Assembly (NCBI GenBank): GCA_964016885.1
Contig: OZ024742.1
Span: 311,178,001-311,242,000 of the forward strand
Origin: Eledone cirrhosa
Lineage: Eukaryota
Direction: 5' to 3'
Length of the DNA stretch: 64,000 nucleotides
Below the pieces are notes generated by a model. The model was not told the DNA's origin. It saw nothing but the letters and a program-made list of their open reading frames with translations, and made no database searches. Positions 26,720-38,399 of the stretch are shown one piece after another. The translations under genes were made by a program, and so were the position numbers. The number at the start of each line of letters is the position of its first letter. Position 1 is the stretch's first letter.

Positions 26720-26837
26720 ATTGCTCATAATAATGTAGCATGTGTTGGACAGGTAGTTACCCACATTATATCTGATTGTTATAGTGATCGATTATTATTT
26801 ACAACTGCCAAATCACTCTGCAACAATGATGCACGCC

Positions 26838-27072
26838 TGTTAGCTTGCCTAAAAAAATTATTAGATGGAAACTTTAGCGCCCTTCATGTGATGAGTGTGA
26901 GGGTCTTTTCCCACTTTCTTGTTTATTTTTTACTTTTTTTTTTTCATATGAAAAATATATACTCTTTTTTTAATATACAAAAAGAAAAGTGGAAGATCTG
27001 CACACTCAATCACACGTCAAAACAAAGGGCGCTCCAGTTTCCCTCTAATAATGTTTTAGGCAAGCCAACAGG
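26838..27072. mobile_element. MITE with ~60-bp imperfect TIRs (solo ends also near 28740-28800 and 58640-58685)
   Basis: cttgcctaaaaaaattattagatggaaact..gcgccctt vs aagggcgc..gtttccctctaataatgttttaggcaag. Confidence 0.65.
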
Positions 27073-27917
27073 TATATAAATTGTGTTTATTTATATGCAT
27101 TCCATTGCACTTTGTTGATCCCGAAAAAGCATCAACGCACACGAACACAGTAGAAAATATTTGGAATAGAGTGAAAGAAAAATATCGTACGATGCGTGGG
27201 GACATAAGATATTATTTCCAACCTACCTTCAGGAATTTTGCTGACGTTGTAATCATCAACATAACCCAATCATGCAATTGCTGAAATGTATTAGGCATTA
27301 CTACACCATAGTTTAATTTTTCAGTCTAATCATTTTAGTTTTAGTAATAAATCATGCGGACTTTTACATAGAGATAGATCACTATCATGTTTTTTTTTCA
27401 TAATAAATGTCATTGAACTATCATATGATTGGAGCCCCAATCAGAAACCTCCTATGAGTTAAATCCGAGTAGGTCAGCCAATCCTACATACGTGCGAGCT
27501 GTAAAATGTTCCTAATAAATCACTCGGACTTTATCATTAAATAGATAAAGTAGATAATGTTCGCTGTTATTACTGCTGAATATCTTCATTTTCACTTTCT
27601 CATGAAACGAAAGAACGCCAAGAGCGATCTTTCGTTTTAAGTAGACGCGATGTAAACAATAAATTTAGTGTAAACAAAGCAGTTGATTTAGGAAGCAGTG
27701 AGAAAATTTGAAATTTGAAATGTGTGCGTCTGAACGCAAATGACCGTAAATAATAATCGATCACTATAAATGACAGTTGAGAAAATCGAGTAGAATACTC
27801 CCGGAGACAGAAAAAAAAACAGGCGCCTCTGTCCCCCTTTTCCAGTTTCCAGGGCTACTTTACTTTACCAGATTTTTTCAATTACTATTTATAGTGACGA
27901 CTATTATTATGGTCATT

Positions 27918-28024
27918 CAAATCCCGCCGAGGTTAACTTTGCCTATCATCCTTACGGGGGTCGATAAAATAAAGTACCAGTAATACATGGGATAATTGCT
28001 GGCCTTGTGCCAAACGTAGAAACA
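27918..28024 (+). mobile_element. 5'-truncated SINE (family 2) with 15-bp TSD
   Basis: attattatggtcatt at 27903-27917 and 28025-28039. Confidence 0.9.
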
Positions 28025-29748
28025 ATTATTATGGTCATTTGCGTTGGGACGCCCCCATTTCAAATTTCAACGAATTCAACATTTTTCGCCAGTCTCCGGA
28101 AGTCGCGTGTCCGTACATAGTCAGTAAAGGTCAGTTCTAATCGCACTGAACTACTTTATAACATGTTTGTTTGCTTTTGTTTTTTATCAGTTGTTAGTAT
28201 AAACATTTTTTAAAATGTAGTCGTCCCAAAGTAAATGATTATAACACTAGTCAATCACTATATATAATAGTTAAGAAAATCGAGTAATGTACAGCTGGAG
28301 ACGAGAAAAAAAAGAGACAGAGGCGCCTTGATATTTTGCTCGTCATCATTAATTATATTATTAGCAATAACGATATTGTTATTTACGATACTCTTTAGAA
28401 ATAGAATTTTAGGATGTTATTTGATAGTAATAAAGATCAAAAGTTATCTATCAACAGCGAATATAATTAAAATATTGTTTATAGAAAGCGGTTGTTGTTT
28501 AGCCCCAGGCCAATCTTGACTGAGTAAAACTATATTTAAAATGTTCCAGCTATGATCATCACATCGTTGGGGGCTTTTTCGTTTGTTTGTTTTATTTTGT
28601 TGTTTTTTTTCGGATATAATACATCATGTGCACATTGTGATAATTCTGATTAATAATATGTCAACAAAATTTATATAATGAATAAAACTATACAGTACTA
28701 AAATAAAAAGAAAAAAGGAAGGGAGGATACATGCATATTCAATCACACATCACAAGGGGCGATGGAGCCTCCCTCTAATAATTTTTTAGGCAAGCCAACA
28801 CACACAGCACTGCAGCGGTTGATAGCCAGACTAAGATGTTGGAATAACCAAGTACCCTCATGGATATCACCTGTGTATTTTCCATTTTAAAATAGTAGGA
28901 TGTGATTTTAGAAAGATTTGACTGCTATTTCTAGCAGATCGAACGATCATATAAAGGCATGTAGGAACTGAATGGTAGATTGAGAGGAAGAGTAGGCCAA
29001 ATAAAAAGAAATAAACAGAAAAAGACATGAAAGTGTCGGAGATTTAAAAAAACAACGCCTTATTAAAAAAATAAAATCACTAGTCATTTCTTTCTTTCAT
29101 ACACATTCATTCTCTCGAATGCATACTGAAAGTATTTACATACTGAAACGTGTCTTATTTCTTTGTACAGAAATTTCTCACTCTTGATAGTTGTATTCTT
29201 GTTTTTATTTAAACACACCCACTACACAACACCTCACTCTACATACACAGATATATAAAGAGAGATACAAAGAAATATGTGTATATACGCGTCTGTATGT
29301 AAATTATTTGTTAAAATGATCATTATGACCATATGCTTGTTTCTTTTGAAATACAAGTATACGTAAACATATTTCTTTATACAAGCATTTATACATATAC
29401 CTGCCGATAGATAGATAGATACGCTATACTGTGGGGAAAAAACATTCATAAGGCGATGAGCAATATGCTGTTAGTAATATAGTGAATGCAAGCATGTGTC
29501 GATATATTTCCAAATATGACCATATGCTTGTTTCTTTTGAAATACAAGTATACGTAAACATATTTCTTTATACAAGCATTTATACATATACCTGCCATTA
29601 GATAGATAGATAGACAGATACGCTAGGGAGTGAAGGGATATATTTCCAAATATCACTTCACTCTGTCCCCTCCTACTCTCACACACTCAGGCAACCTTAT
29701 TCATACAAACACTAATTTTTCCTGGTCCTAGAATCAAGGATATATATA

Positions 29749-29788
<40 letters not shown>

Positions 29789-31243
29789 AATAAAATGAGG
29801 GCATGAATTTACTCACGGGGAAGATGACAAGAACTGATCGTTCCAGAGAGCAGTTAAATTTAAACTGTCTGATTCGGTTTTTCAAACTGTTTTTGTTATA
29901 AATACTTTTCTTTGCGTTTGTTGATTTGATATCTTTAGTTTGATTTTTTTCTTTTGTTTTTAGTGTGGTATTGGAATCTAGAACGTAAAATGTCGTATCT
30001 CTTGGCACACCAGTTGGCTTAAGGATTGCTTTGGAGAGAGAAAAAAAAACTCGACAATAACAACAATAACAAGAATAATAATGTCTACTATTACTGCTAC
30101 TGCCACTACTATAACTAAAGAAGTAAGCACTGCCAACTCCTCCTCTGTTAACACTCCGTGTTAATAAAAGCACCTGCCCTAGTCTTTCAACGCCGTCAAC
30201 CACTACAACCTAAGTTCTTTCTGTATTCTCACATTTTGTTCTTTTTTTCCCCTGTCCTTTCCTCACACGCACATACATTCTCTATTTTTCAATCTCTTTT
30301 CTCTCTCTCTGTCTCTCTCTTTCATTCTTTATGCATACGCTTTCACTGATTTTCCATCTGCCTGTCCTCTTTCTTACAAACACTTCGTTTTTCTCTTCGT
30401 CCCTTTCACATGCATATCCACTTAAATACTCTCTTTGTGTGTCTGTTCCTTTCCTCTTTTTCACCCTCACCCTCGCTCACGTGATACAATTACGTTTTCT
30501 AACACTATCTCTCCCTTTTCTTTTCCTCGCCTCCCTCCCTGTTTCTCCTCCTTACTCATATCATACAACTACGTTTTCTCTCTTTCTCTCTCTCCTACTT
30601 ACATCATCAACCATCTTTTCTCTCTTATTCTTTTTATCTATCTCTTTTTCTCACCGTCACTCACATCATATAACTACATTTTCTCACTCTCTTTTCCTCT
30701 CCCTCACTCACATCATCAACCACGTTTTCTCAACTCATACAACTTTTTCTGACTCTCATACATTTTCCTTCCGTCTTATAAATTTATACGCTCTTGTCTT
30801 CTCATTCCGCTTGTTCTCGTTTTTTTTCCACAGCTTTCTCTATTCACTACCCGGACGCATTAGTGTGCTTATTTAGATACGCTTTCTTTTTTCTTGCTTA
30901 TCTAGTCAGCTAATATATAGTTCATTTGCAAAGCTAATGCTCAAGTAATTTCGATATCGTCATCTTTAAAAAAATAACAAAGACAAGAAGAATGTTATAA
31001 AGGCACTACAACGCTATTAGCTGTCAGTCGAAGCAGCCGATGAAAGCAAAACATCGTTTATTTCCGTATTACTACCACGCGTAAGTGGAGTTACTTAGAT
31101 GAACATTTTTTTTTTTCACGCGTTTTTTATTTTTTTTTATTAAAGCATATAGATGTCAGTGGAGTTACTTAAATGAAAATATAGGTGGCCCTTAAAAGGG
31201 CCAAATTAGAATATACCGCTGCGTTTTTACAGTTTTACTAGTT

Positions 31244-31298
<55 letters not shown>

Positions 31299-31301
<3 letters not shown>

Positions 31302-31377
31302 GGTGTCCCCTCCAAAATATATACACACTTTGATTACTTTGCTGTTGAAGTGTGTATACATTTTTTGGGACACTGTG
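31299..31377. mobile_element. Tiny Tc1/mariner-type MITE inside (TA)n
   Basis: cacggtgtccc..aaaatatatacacactt / aagtgtgtatacattttttgggacactgtg. Confidence 0.6.
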
Positions 31378-32104
31378 TTTGTATATATATATATATATAT
31401 ATATATTGGGGGAAGGGAGAAATTTTTGGATGCTATACCTGACATAATAAAAAATCAAAATACACCCCTAACATTTGTCGGAATATCAATCACGAGAGTA
31501 GATAAATAAATATATAAATACATAAATAAGAAATGATAGAAAAGGAAAAGAAAATCCCTACATTATGTAATATTCCCAGTCTCCCCTAAATTTTCCCTAA
31601 ATTTCAAAACCGGGAGGGAAAAGTCCGAGGGTTAAAATCCCAAATGATGGTACCTCAAATACTAGTGTATCCCTTCGCATTACAGTTTAAAGCAATACAT
31701 GTGATCGCTTTGATGACCCTTATTCGTGTCTAAGGGTCTCGTTTTTTTCTCTTCTTTCTATCATATATATATATATATATGTCAAAATCTTTCCCTATCT
31801 GTCTATCTTTTGCCATAAAAACGATAATGATAATCAATTCAATTAAATATATATATATATATATATTATTAGTATTATTATTAAAATTAAATACCATTTA
31901 TTCTGCGGCAGAGAGCTTCATCTTCTCCATCATTCGCTCCTCCAGAATCGTAGTACTCGTCGTTATTGTATGTTTGTGTTTCTGCGTGTGTATATATATA
32001 TATGTGGTTTGTATGTGTTTGTGTGTATATGTATATATGTTTGCGATCGCCACTCTCGTCCTTCGTGAGGAGAATGCTGTGTACGTATTCACATATTTAG
32101 AGGT

Positions 32105-32205
32105 AATATCACGTGAACACAATCACGTGACAAATCACATTATTCTTTCAAAAGGAAAAGTTTGGCGCCATTTTTCTTTCAAAAGGAAAAGTTTGGCGCC
32201 AAAAT
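32105..32205. promoter_or_regulatory. Candidate cell-cycle-type promoter (2x TCACGTGA, 2x CHR TTTGAA plus E2F TTTGGCGC)
   Basis: E-boxes 32109-32116 and 32123-32130; duplicated tctttcaaaaggaaaagtttggcgcca at 32144-32170 and 32175-32201; locally CpG-richer unique DNA. Confidence 0.55.
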
Positions 32206-32697
32206 TCTCTTAGTGTTGTCTGAAGCTGAGGAACCGGAGTTATTCCATTTCTGTCAACAACTTACTGGCGAAACAGATCTCTTTGGATTTGTACTTGTTT
32301 TATATAGTTATAGAGGTATTTATTTACGCTTTAATTTATATTTTTAATTATCGTGTCTATAGTCTGCCTTTTATAGGTTATAGATTCCATACACTGGTGG
32401 TTTTTCCCCTGTTTTATTGATAGTGCACTATATATCTCTCTCTAGTGTGTTACCTTTTCAACATATTGTATTTTAAAGAGACCAGGATTTCTTCTCCTTT
32501 GAGCACATTATTTACAGGGAATGGCGAGGGTCTATGTCTCCGTTAATTTATCGTGATATTTCGCTCCTTATAACAGTCTTTCCTATCCCTCTGTTTGGTT
32601 GAGCACACTTCTCTGAGTGGTTTTGGGCTGCCCTTTCTAGCAGCTCGTCCCTCAGAGGCCACTGGTTCACTGCCCTTAAACAGTGAACCAGTATCAC

Positions 32698-32881
32698 TTG
32701 TTCATCCCTATTTATTTTATTATACTTATTTCGAAGACATATGTCATTTGTATAATATCTGCCCTACGTGTTTTCTTCCGACAAAAATCCATACAAGATG
32801 TAAATATCCGTTGATATGAGAACACGTAGGGCAGATGTTATACAAATGACATATGTCTTCGAAATAAATAGGGATGGACAA
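32698..32881. repeat. Inverted repeat (~60-80-bp arms)
   Basis: atttcgaagacatatgtcatttgtataatatctgccctacgtg / cacgtagggcagatgttatacaaatgacatatgtcttcgaaat. Confidence 0.8.
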
Positions 32882-33359
32882 ATGATACCGTCTTTCTTGT
32901 TTATTATTATAACCCGCCTTTCATCCTTATGGGGTCGATAAAACAAATACCAATAATACACTGGAAAATTGCTAGCCTTGTGCCAAAGTAGAAACAATTA
33001 TTATAATAAAACTCTGGATAAACATAAACTGTTGAGTGTTTGTCATCTCTTATGAAAGAGTCGGCAGATTTTCAATCAACCAACTTTCCTTAGTTGAATA
33101 CGTATATTTTCTTTAATATTGCAACATTAAAGGAATATATCCTTCTGAAAGAATCGCGAGCAATTTATGTTATTTAAGCATTGGTAATGTTATTTATGTA
33201 TATATTTAAAACATATTTGCTATGTTATTCTACTGTAAATTTATTTATATGCTTTGTATATATTATATATACACAAATAATGAATCTGTATATTAAAACA
33301 TCGTTTGTATTATTCAATCAGTTTATTGAACAACTAGAATGCTCATCGTCAAGTACTTT

Positions 33360-33442
<83 letters not shown>

Positions 33443-33820
33443 AATCTATATATATGTATATATATGTATGTATATCTATATATATGTGTGTGTGTATGTA
33501 TATATATGTGTGTATGCATATGTGTGTGTATGCATATGTGTGAATGTATATATATATATATGTGTGTGTGTGTGTATGCATATATGTGTGTGTGTATGTA
33601 TATATATGTGTGTATGTATATATATGTATATATATATAGGAAGATAAATTAACGGAGCCATAGTCGCGTTATTCCCTTTAAATTATGTGCTCAAAGGGAA
33701 AGAAATCCTATACATATTGTATATGTATATATATATATATGCATGTATATGTGTATATATATATACATGTATATGTGTATTTGTATATATGTATATGTGT
33801 GTATGTCTGTATATATATGA

Positions 33821-33884
<64 letters not shown>

Positions 33885-33900
33885 GTGTATATATATAGAT
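33360..33900. repeat. (TA)n/(TG)n compound microsatellite
   Basis: Direct inspection. Confidence 0.95.
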
Positions 33901-33908
33901 GTAATCTG

Positions 33909-35090
33909 AATAGCATGGTAGAATATTAAGTGTTAAATGTTAATTGAACAAGTACTTCATGCTTTCGCAATCTTCAGGTTCATATTCTGTGGTGACAGTC
34001 AAGTTTGCAATTTTCAACTGTAATGAGATGGGTAAATTTTGTGCCTTATATACAATGAAAAGCGGCTACAGAATGCTAAATTTTGCAAACTGTATTTCGA
34101 CCAATTGGTGTGTAGTTTCACTGGATTACTGAAGCTGATTGGTTTAGGCGTCACGGTTGGTTGAGCATGTCTAACGACTTCTATTTGGCTCTATCCAAAG
34201 CATCAATTGTTTTGCTATTTTTAGAAATGATGTAAATAGCATTTTCTAGGGTTTTTATACCCCTAAGAATTATTATCGTTCATTTAGCTTGGGTTGGAAT
34301 TTATCAATAAAATTCTTTTCTCTGATTTTTATCTTGATTTCACTTGGCCTGTGTAATTTGTAGAATAGAAATATTATAAATATTTTCTGACCACATGTTG
34401 CTAGATGGTTACTCAGGAGTATCTGACGGACATTTGGGTCTCTGATTTGCTGTCGGTGCACCCGTGAACGTTCCGATAGTGCATATCCAGTTTGACCGAC
34501 ATATAGTTCTTCACAATTCGGGCATTTAATGCAGTAAATTAGATTTCTGCTTTTGCAGTTCATATTTCCATTTGGAAATATTTTTCAAAATTCCAACCCA
34601 AGCTAAATGAACAATAATAATTCTTAGGGGTATAAAAACCCTAGAAAATGCTATTTTCATCATTTCTAAAAATAGCAAAACAATTGATGCTTTGAATAGG
34701 GCCAAATAGAAGTCATTAGACATGCTCAACTAACCGTGATGCCTAAACCAATCAGCTTCAGTAATCCAGTGAAACTACACACCGATTGGTCGAAATACAG
34801 TTTGCAAAATTTAGCACTCTGTAGCCGCTTTTCACTGTATATAAGGCACAAAATTTACCCATCTCATTACAGTTGAAAATTGTAAACTTGACTGTCACCA
34901 CAGAATATGAACCTGAAGATTGCGAAAACATGAAATTACTTGTTCAATTAATACTTAACACTTAATATTCTACCATACTATTTCATTCTAATACCATTAT
35001 AATTTTAAAGGATTGTAAATAAAACGAGTAAATCAGACAAAGTTGGAATTCCTTTTATTAATATAATCTTCTATACACAATCATACACAC
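33909..35090 (-). mobile_element. Penelope-like element 3' fragment: GIY-YIG endonuclease flanked by inverted pseudo-LTRs
   Basis: ORF 34273..34563 NLIYCIKCPNCEELYVGQT..ER..H..NHL..REKNFIDKFQPKLN; 33909-34302 inverted at 34588-34982. Confidence 0.9.
34908..34946 (+). ncRNA. Minimal type I hammerhead ribozyme motif in pLTR (mirror copy 33945-33982, minus)
   Basis: tgaac-CTGAAGA-ttgc gaaa (g/a)cat-GAAA-(g/t)tac-TT-gttca; each copy has disruptive changes, and their consensus is canonical. Confidence 0.7.
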
Positions 35091-35329
35091 CCGTGTATAT
35101 TTATTTATATATGTATATATATATATATATAGCTTTTAAGCTATTTTGTAGTATCTCTGTTCAGGAACACACCACTTATATTAAATTTATCTCCCTGGAG
35201 CTTTGTAAAAGTCTGAGAGATTGGCTACATATATGTTTTATATATATATTTTTTTGTTTAGATGGAAGACAAAACAAAGAAGATGAATACAATGAGGAAG
35301 AAGAGAAAGATAAAGATGAAGGACCTCAT

Positions 35330-35720
35330 TGCACCGCACTGCACAACACCACACTGCACCGCACTACACAACACCACATCGCAGTGCACCGCACCACACT
35401 TCACCACACCACATAAAAACATACAACACTACACCATACTACTCCACACCACATAACACCACAACACAACACACCACTCCTCACTACTCCACTCCACATA
35501 AAAACACACCACACTACTCCACACCACATAACACCACAACACCACACATCACTACATCACACCACATAAAAACACCTCACTACATCACACCACACTACTC
35601 CACACCACATAACACCACAACACAACACACCACACCTCACTACATCACACCACATAAAAACACACCACACTACTCCACTCCACATAAAAACACACCACAC
35701 TACTCCATACCACATAACAC
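35330..35720. repeat. Degenerate pentamer repeat (ACACC/CACTA); also 36745-37135
   Basis: Direct inspection. Confidence 0.85.
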
Positions 35721-35939
35721 CCAAAATGTTTTCCTCATCTTTTTTTCATGTGTTATCAACTAATCTGATCTCCAAGATGTTTGTTATTGACTCTCTCTTC
35801 ATGGAAAACTTAGGTGGATGCACTTCTCTCATTTAACCCCAGAGTTTTCTCTAAGATTTTTCCTATATTATCAACGAATATGACCTCCAAACCAGTTGGA
35901 AATGATTAGTTGGAAACTAAAACTAAATTAAACATAAAA

Positions 35940-36368
35940 TTAAATCTAGCCCCAACCCTAAACTCTAAATCTAAACCAAACCAAGCTAAATCTAAATATA
36001 AACATTACCCCAACCCTTAAACTAAACCCTAAACTTTACCCCAACCATAAAACTAAACCCTAAACATTACCCCAACCCTAAAACTAAACCCTAAACTTTA
36101 CCCCAACCCTAAAACTAAACCCTAAACATTACCTCAACCCTAAAATTAAACCCTAAACTTTACCCCAACCCTAAAACTAAACCCTAAACTATACCTCAAC
36201 CCTTAAACTAAACCCTAAACTATACCCCAACCATAAAACTAAACCCTAAACATTACCCCAACCCTAAAACTAAACCCTAAACTTTACCCCAACCCTAAAA
36301 TTAAACCCTAAACTTTACCCCAACCCTAAAACTAAACCCTAAACATTACCCCAACCCTAAACCTAACC
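35940..36368. repeat. 31-bp satellite containing CCCTAAA telomere-like motifs
   Basis: Unit aaaccctaaac(t/a)ttaccccaaccctaaaact, ~12 copies. Confidence 0.9.
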
Positions 36369-38399
36369 CAGGAAAATAAGTTGATTGGAAGCATCCAGGA
36401 GGTCAGATTAATTAATAGCACAGGAAATAGCATAGGAAATAGCACAGGAAATATAGCGAAAATTATTAAGTCCCACAACATGTGAGTGGGGTGTAGATCT
36501 GCAAAACTCTTCCCCTCTCCCTCTCCTCTTTCTCCAAAGCTAGTTGTTTTTGACTGGTTTGGAAGTCATATTCACTGATAACGCATGAAAATAGAATCGA
36601 GGAAAAAATTCCGAGTAAGCAGGGGTTATCCGGGTGAAGGGGGAACCACCTCACCCCGCCGTTTTCCTGGGGGGAAAAAGTCAGTTTCAAGCATCTTGGA
36701 GATTGGATTAGTTGATAGCACATGAAAAATAGACTGAAAAAATTTCACATCACATCACACCACATCAGACCACACCACATCACATCTCACCACATCACAT
36801 CTGATCTCGTCTCGTCGCCTCGCCTCATCTCATTTCATCACATCACATCACATTTCACCACACCACGCCACATCACATCACATGCCATCACACCACATGC
36901 TACCACACTACATCCCACCACACTTCACTACACCATATCCCCCACCCTTCATTGAACCACACTCCACTCCACCACACTCCACTACACCGCACCACTGTCC
37001 ACTACACTAAACCACACTCCACTACACTACACCACACCACTGTCCACTACACTACACTACACTACACTACACTACACTACACTACACTACACTACACTAC
37101 ACTACACTACACTACACTACACCACACCACACCACTGTCTATTCGACTGTTTTCTATTTCGTAGGTATGTCCAGTTACAGTAAGAGAAAGAAAGTTATTT
37201 CAAAGGATCTGAGTAAGTAAACACTTCATTGACCATCATTTTAAGCAGAATCTCAGTGTAGTTTTAAATTGACCTTTTCATATGATTACACCTCAGTCTT
37301 AACTTAATCACCTGTAGATGGATGCTACATGTAATGTTAAAATTAGTTAAACACTGTTTCCCCCTTCTCATCACATGTGGATGCTACATGTGTATTGTTA
37401 ACATTAATCTAACGTTGTGTGTGTGTCCCCCCCCCCCACCTCACCATATCATACCACACCACATCACACCATGTTGTACCACACCAGACCACATAACACC
37501 ATGCTATACCATATATATATTTATATATATATATATATATATATGAGCTCCCCACTCGTTATATTAACTGTATCTCCTCAGTGTTTCGTGAAAGTCTGAG
37601 AGATCAGCTATATAATTGTTTACAATTTTTTTTTATATTTAGATGGAAAAGAGGAAAAAGACGACGAAGCAGACGACTAAAATGAAAATGACAACAAAGA
37701 CAAAGAAGACACGGGAAACAAAGATGACGAAAAGAAGAAGAAAGTATAATCTCAGTTCAGTCTAAACCTAAGGATTTATAGATATGATCTTAGTTCAGTC
37801 TTAACCTAATGACCTGTAGATACGATCTATTTAAGTTTAACTTAAACATTCAAAGATATTTCTATATACTTTTGTTGATGTTTGACATTGTTTTTTAGTT
37901 ATGAAATAGCTTATAAGCTACATTATAGGATCACAGTGCATGAGTGCACTGCTCTTTAAATTAACTTTATCTCCTCAGCACTTTGATGGCAGAGGAGAAG
38001 TCAAAGGCACAGAAGAAGTTAAAGGCACAGAAGTAGTCAAAGGCACAGAAGAAAACAAAGGCACAGAAGAAGACAAAGAAAATGAACAAGAAGAACAATT
38101 ATTATTACTATTATTATTGTTATTATTATTTGTATTATTATAATCAAACTAAGCCACACTACATCAACCTATACCATACCACACCACACTGACAAACATT
38201 ATACCATACCACATTATCCAACACCACACTACGAAACACTGTACGACCTCACATCAGACCATGCTATGAAACAATATATCATACTACACTATACAACAAT
38301 AGACAACACCACACAAGACTATGAAACACTATACTTTACCACACTATATCACACCACTCAAGTTAGAGAGGATCAACTTTTTTCCTGGAAAGTAGAAAA

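Larger units (their letters stand above)
26000..27310 (+). pseudogene. Merlin (IS1016/ISXO2-like) DDE transposase remnant, split by SINEs and a MITE
   Basis: GRNGDIVEIDEYKF..KYH (cf. VEIDESKF..RKYHRG) and HFVDPE..HTNTVENIWNRVKEK. Confidence 0.75.

Noticed and set aside
29326-29596. ~80-bp direct duplication (29326-29406 and 29516-29596)
   Set aside because: Local duplication next to (GATA)n with no further structure
33040-33075. Hairpin ctctt-atga-aagag with CTGCCGA on the minus strand
   Set aside because: Core and GAAA do not fit a hammerhead
33181-33929. Multiple YI/CV-rich ORFs
   Set aside because: Dinucleotide microsatellite artefacts
35329-35763. 144-aa H/T/P-rich ORF
   Set aside because: Translation of a pentamer microsatellite
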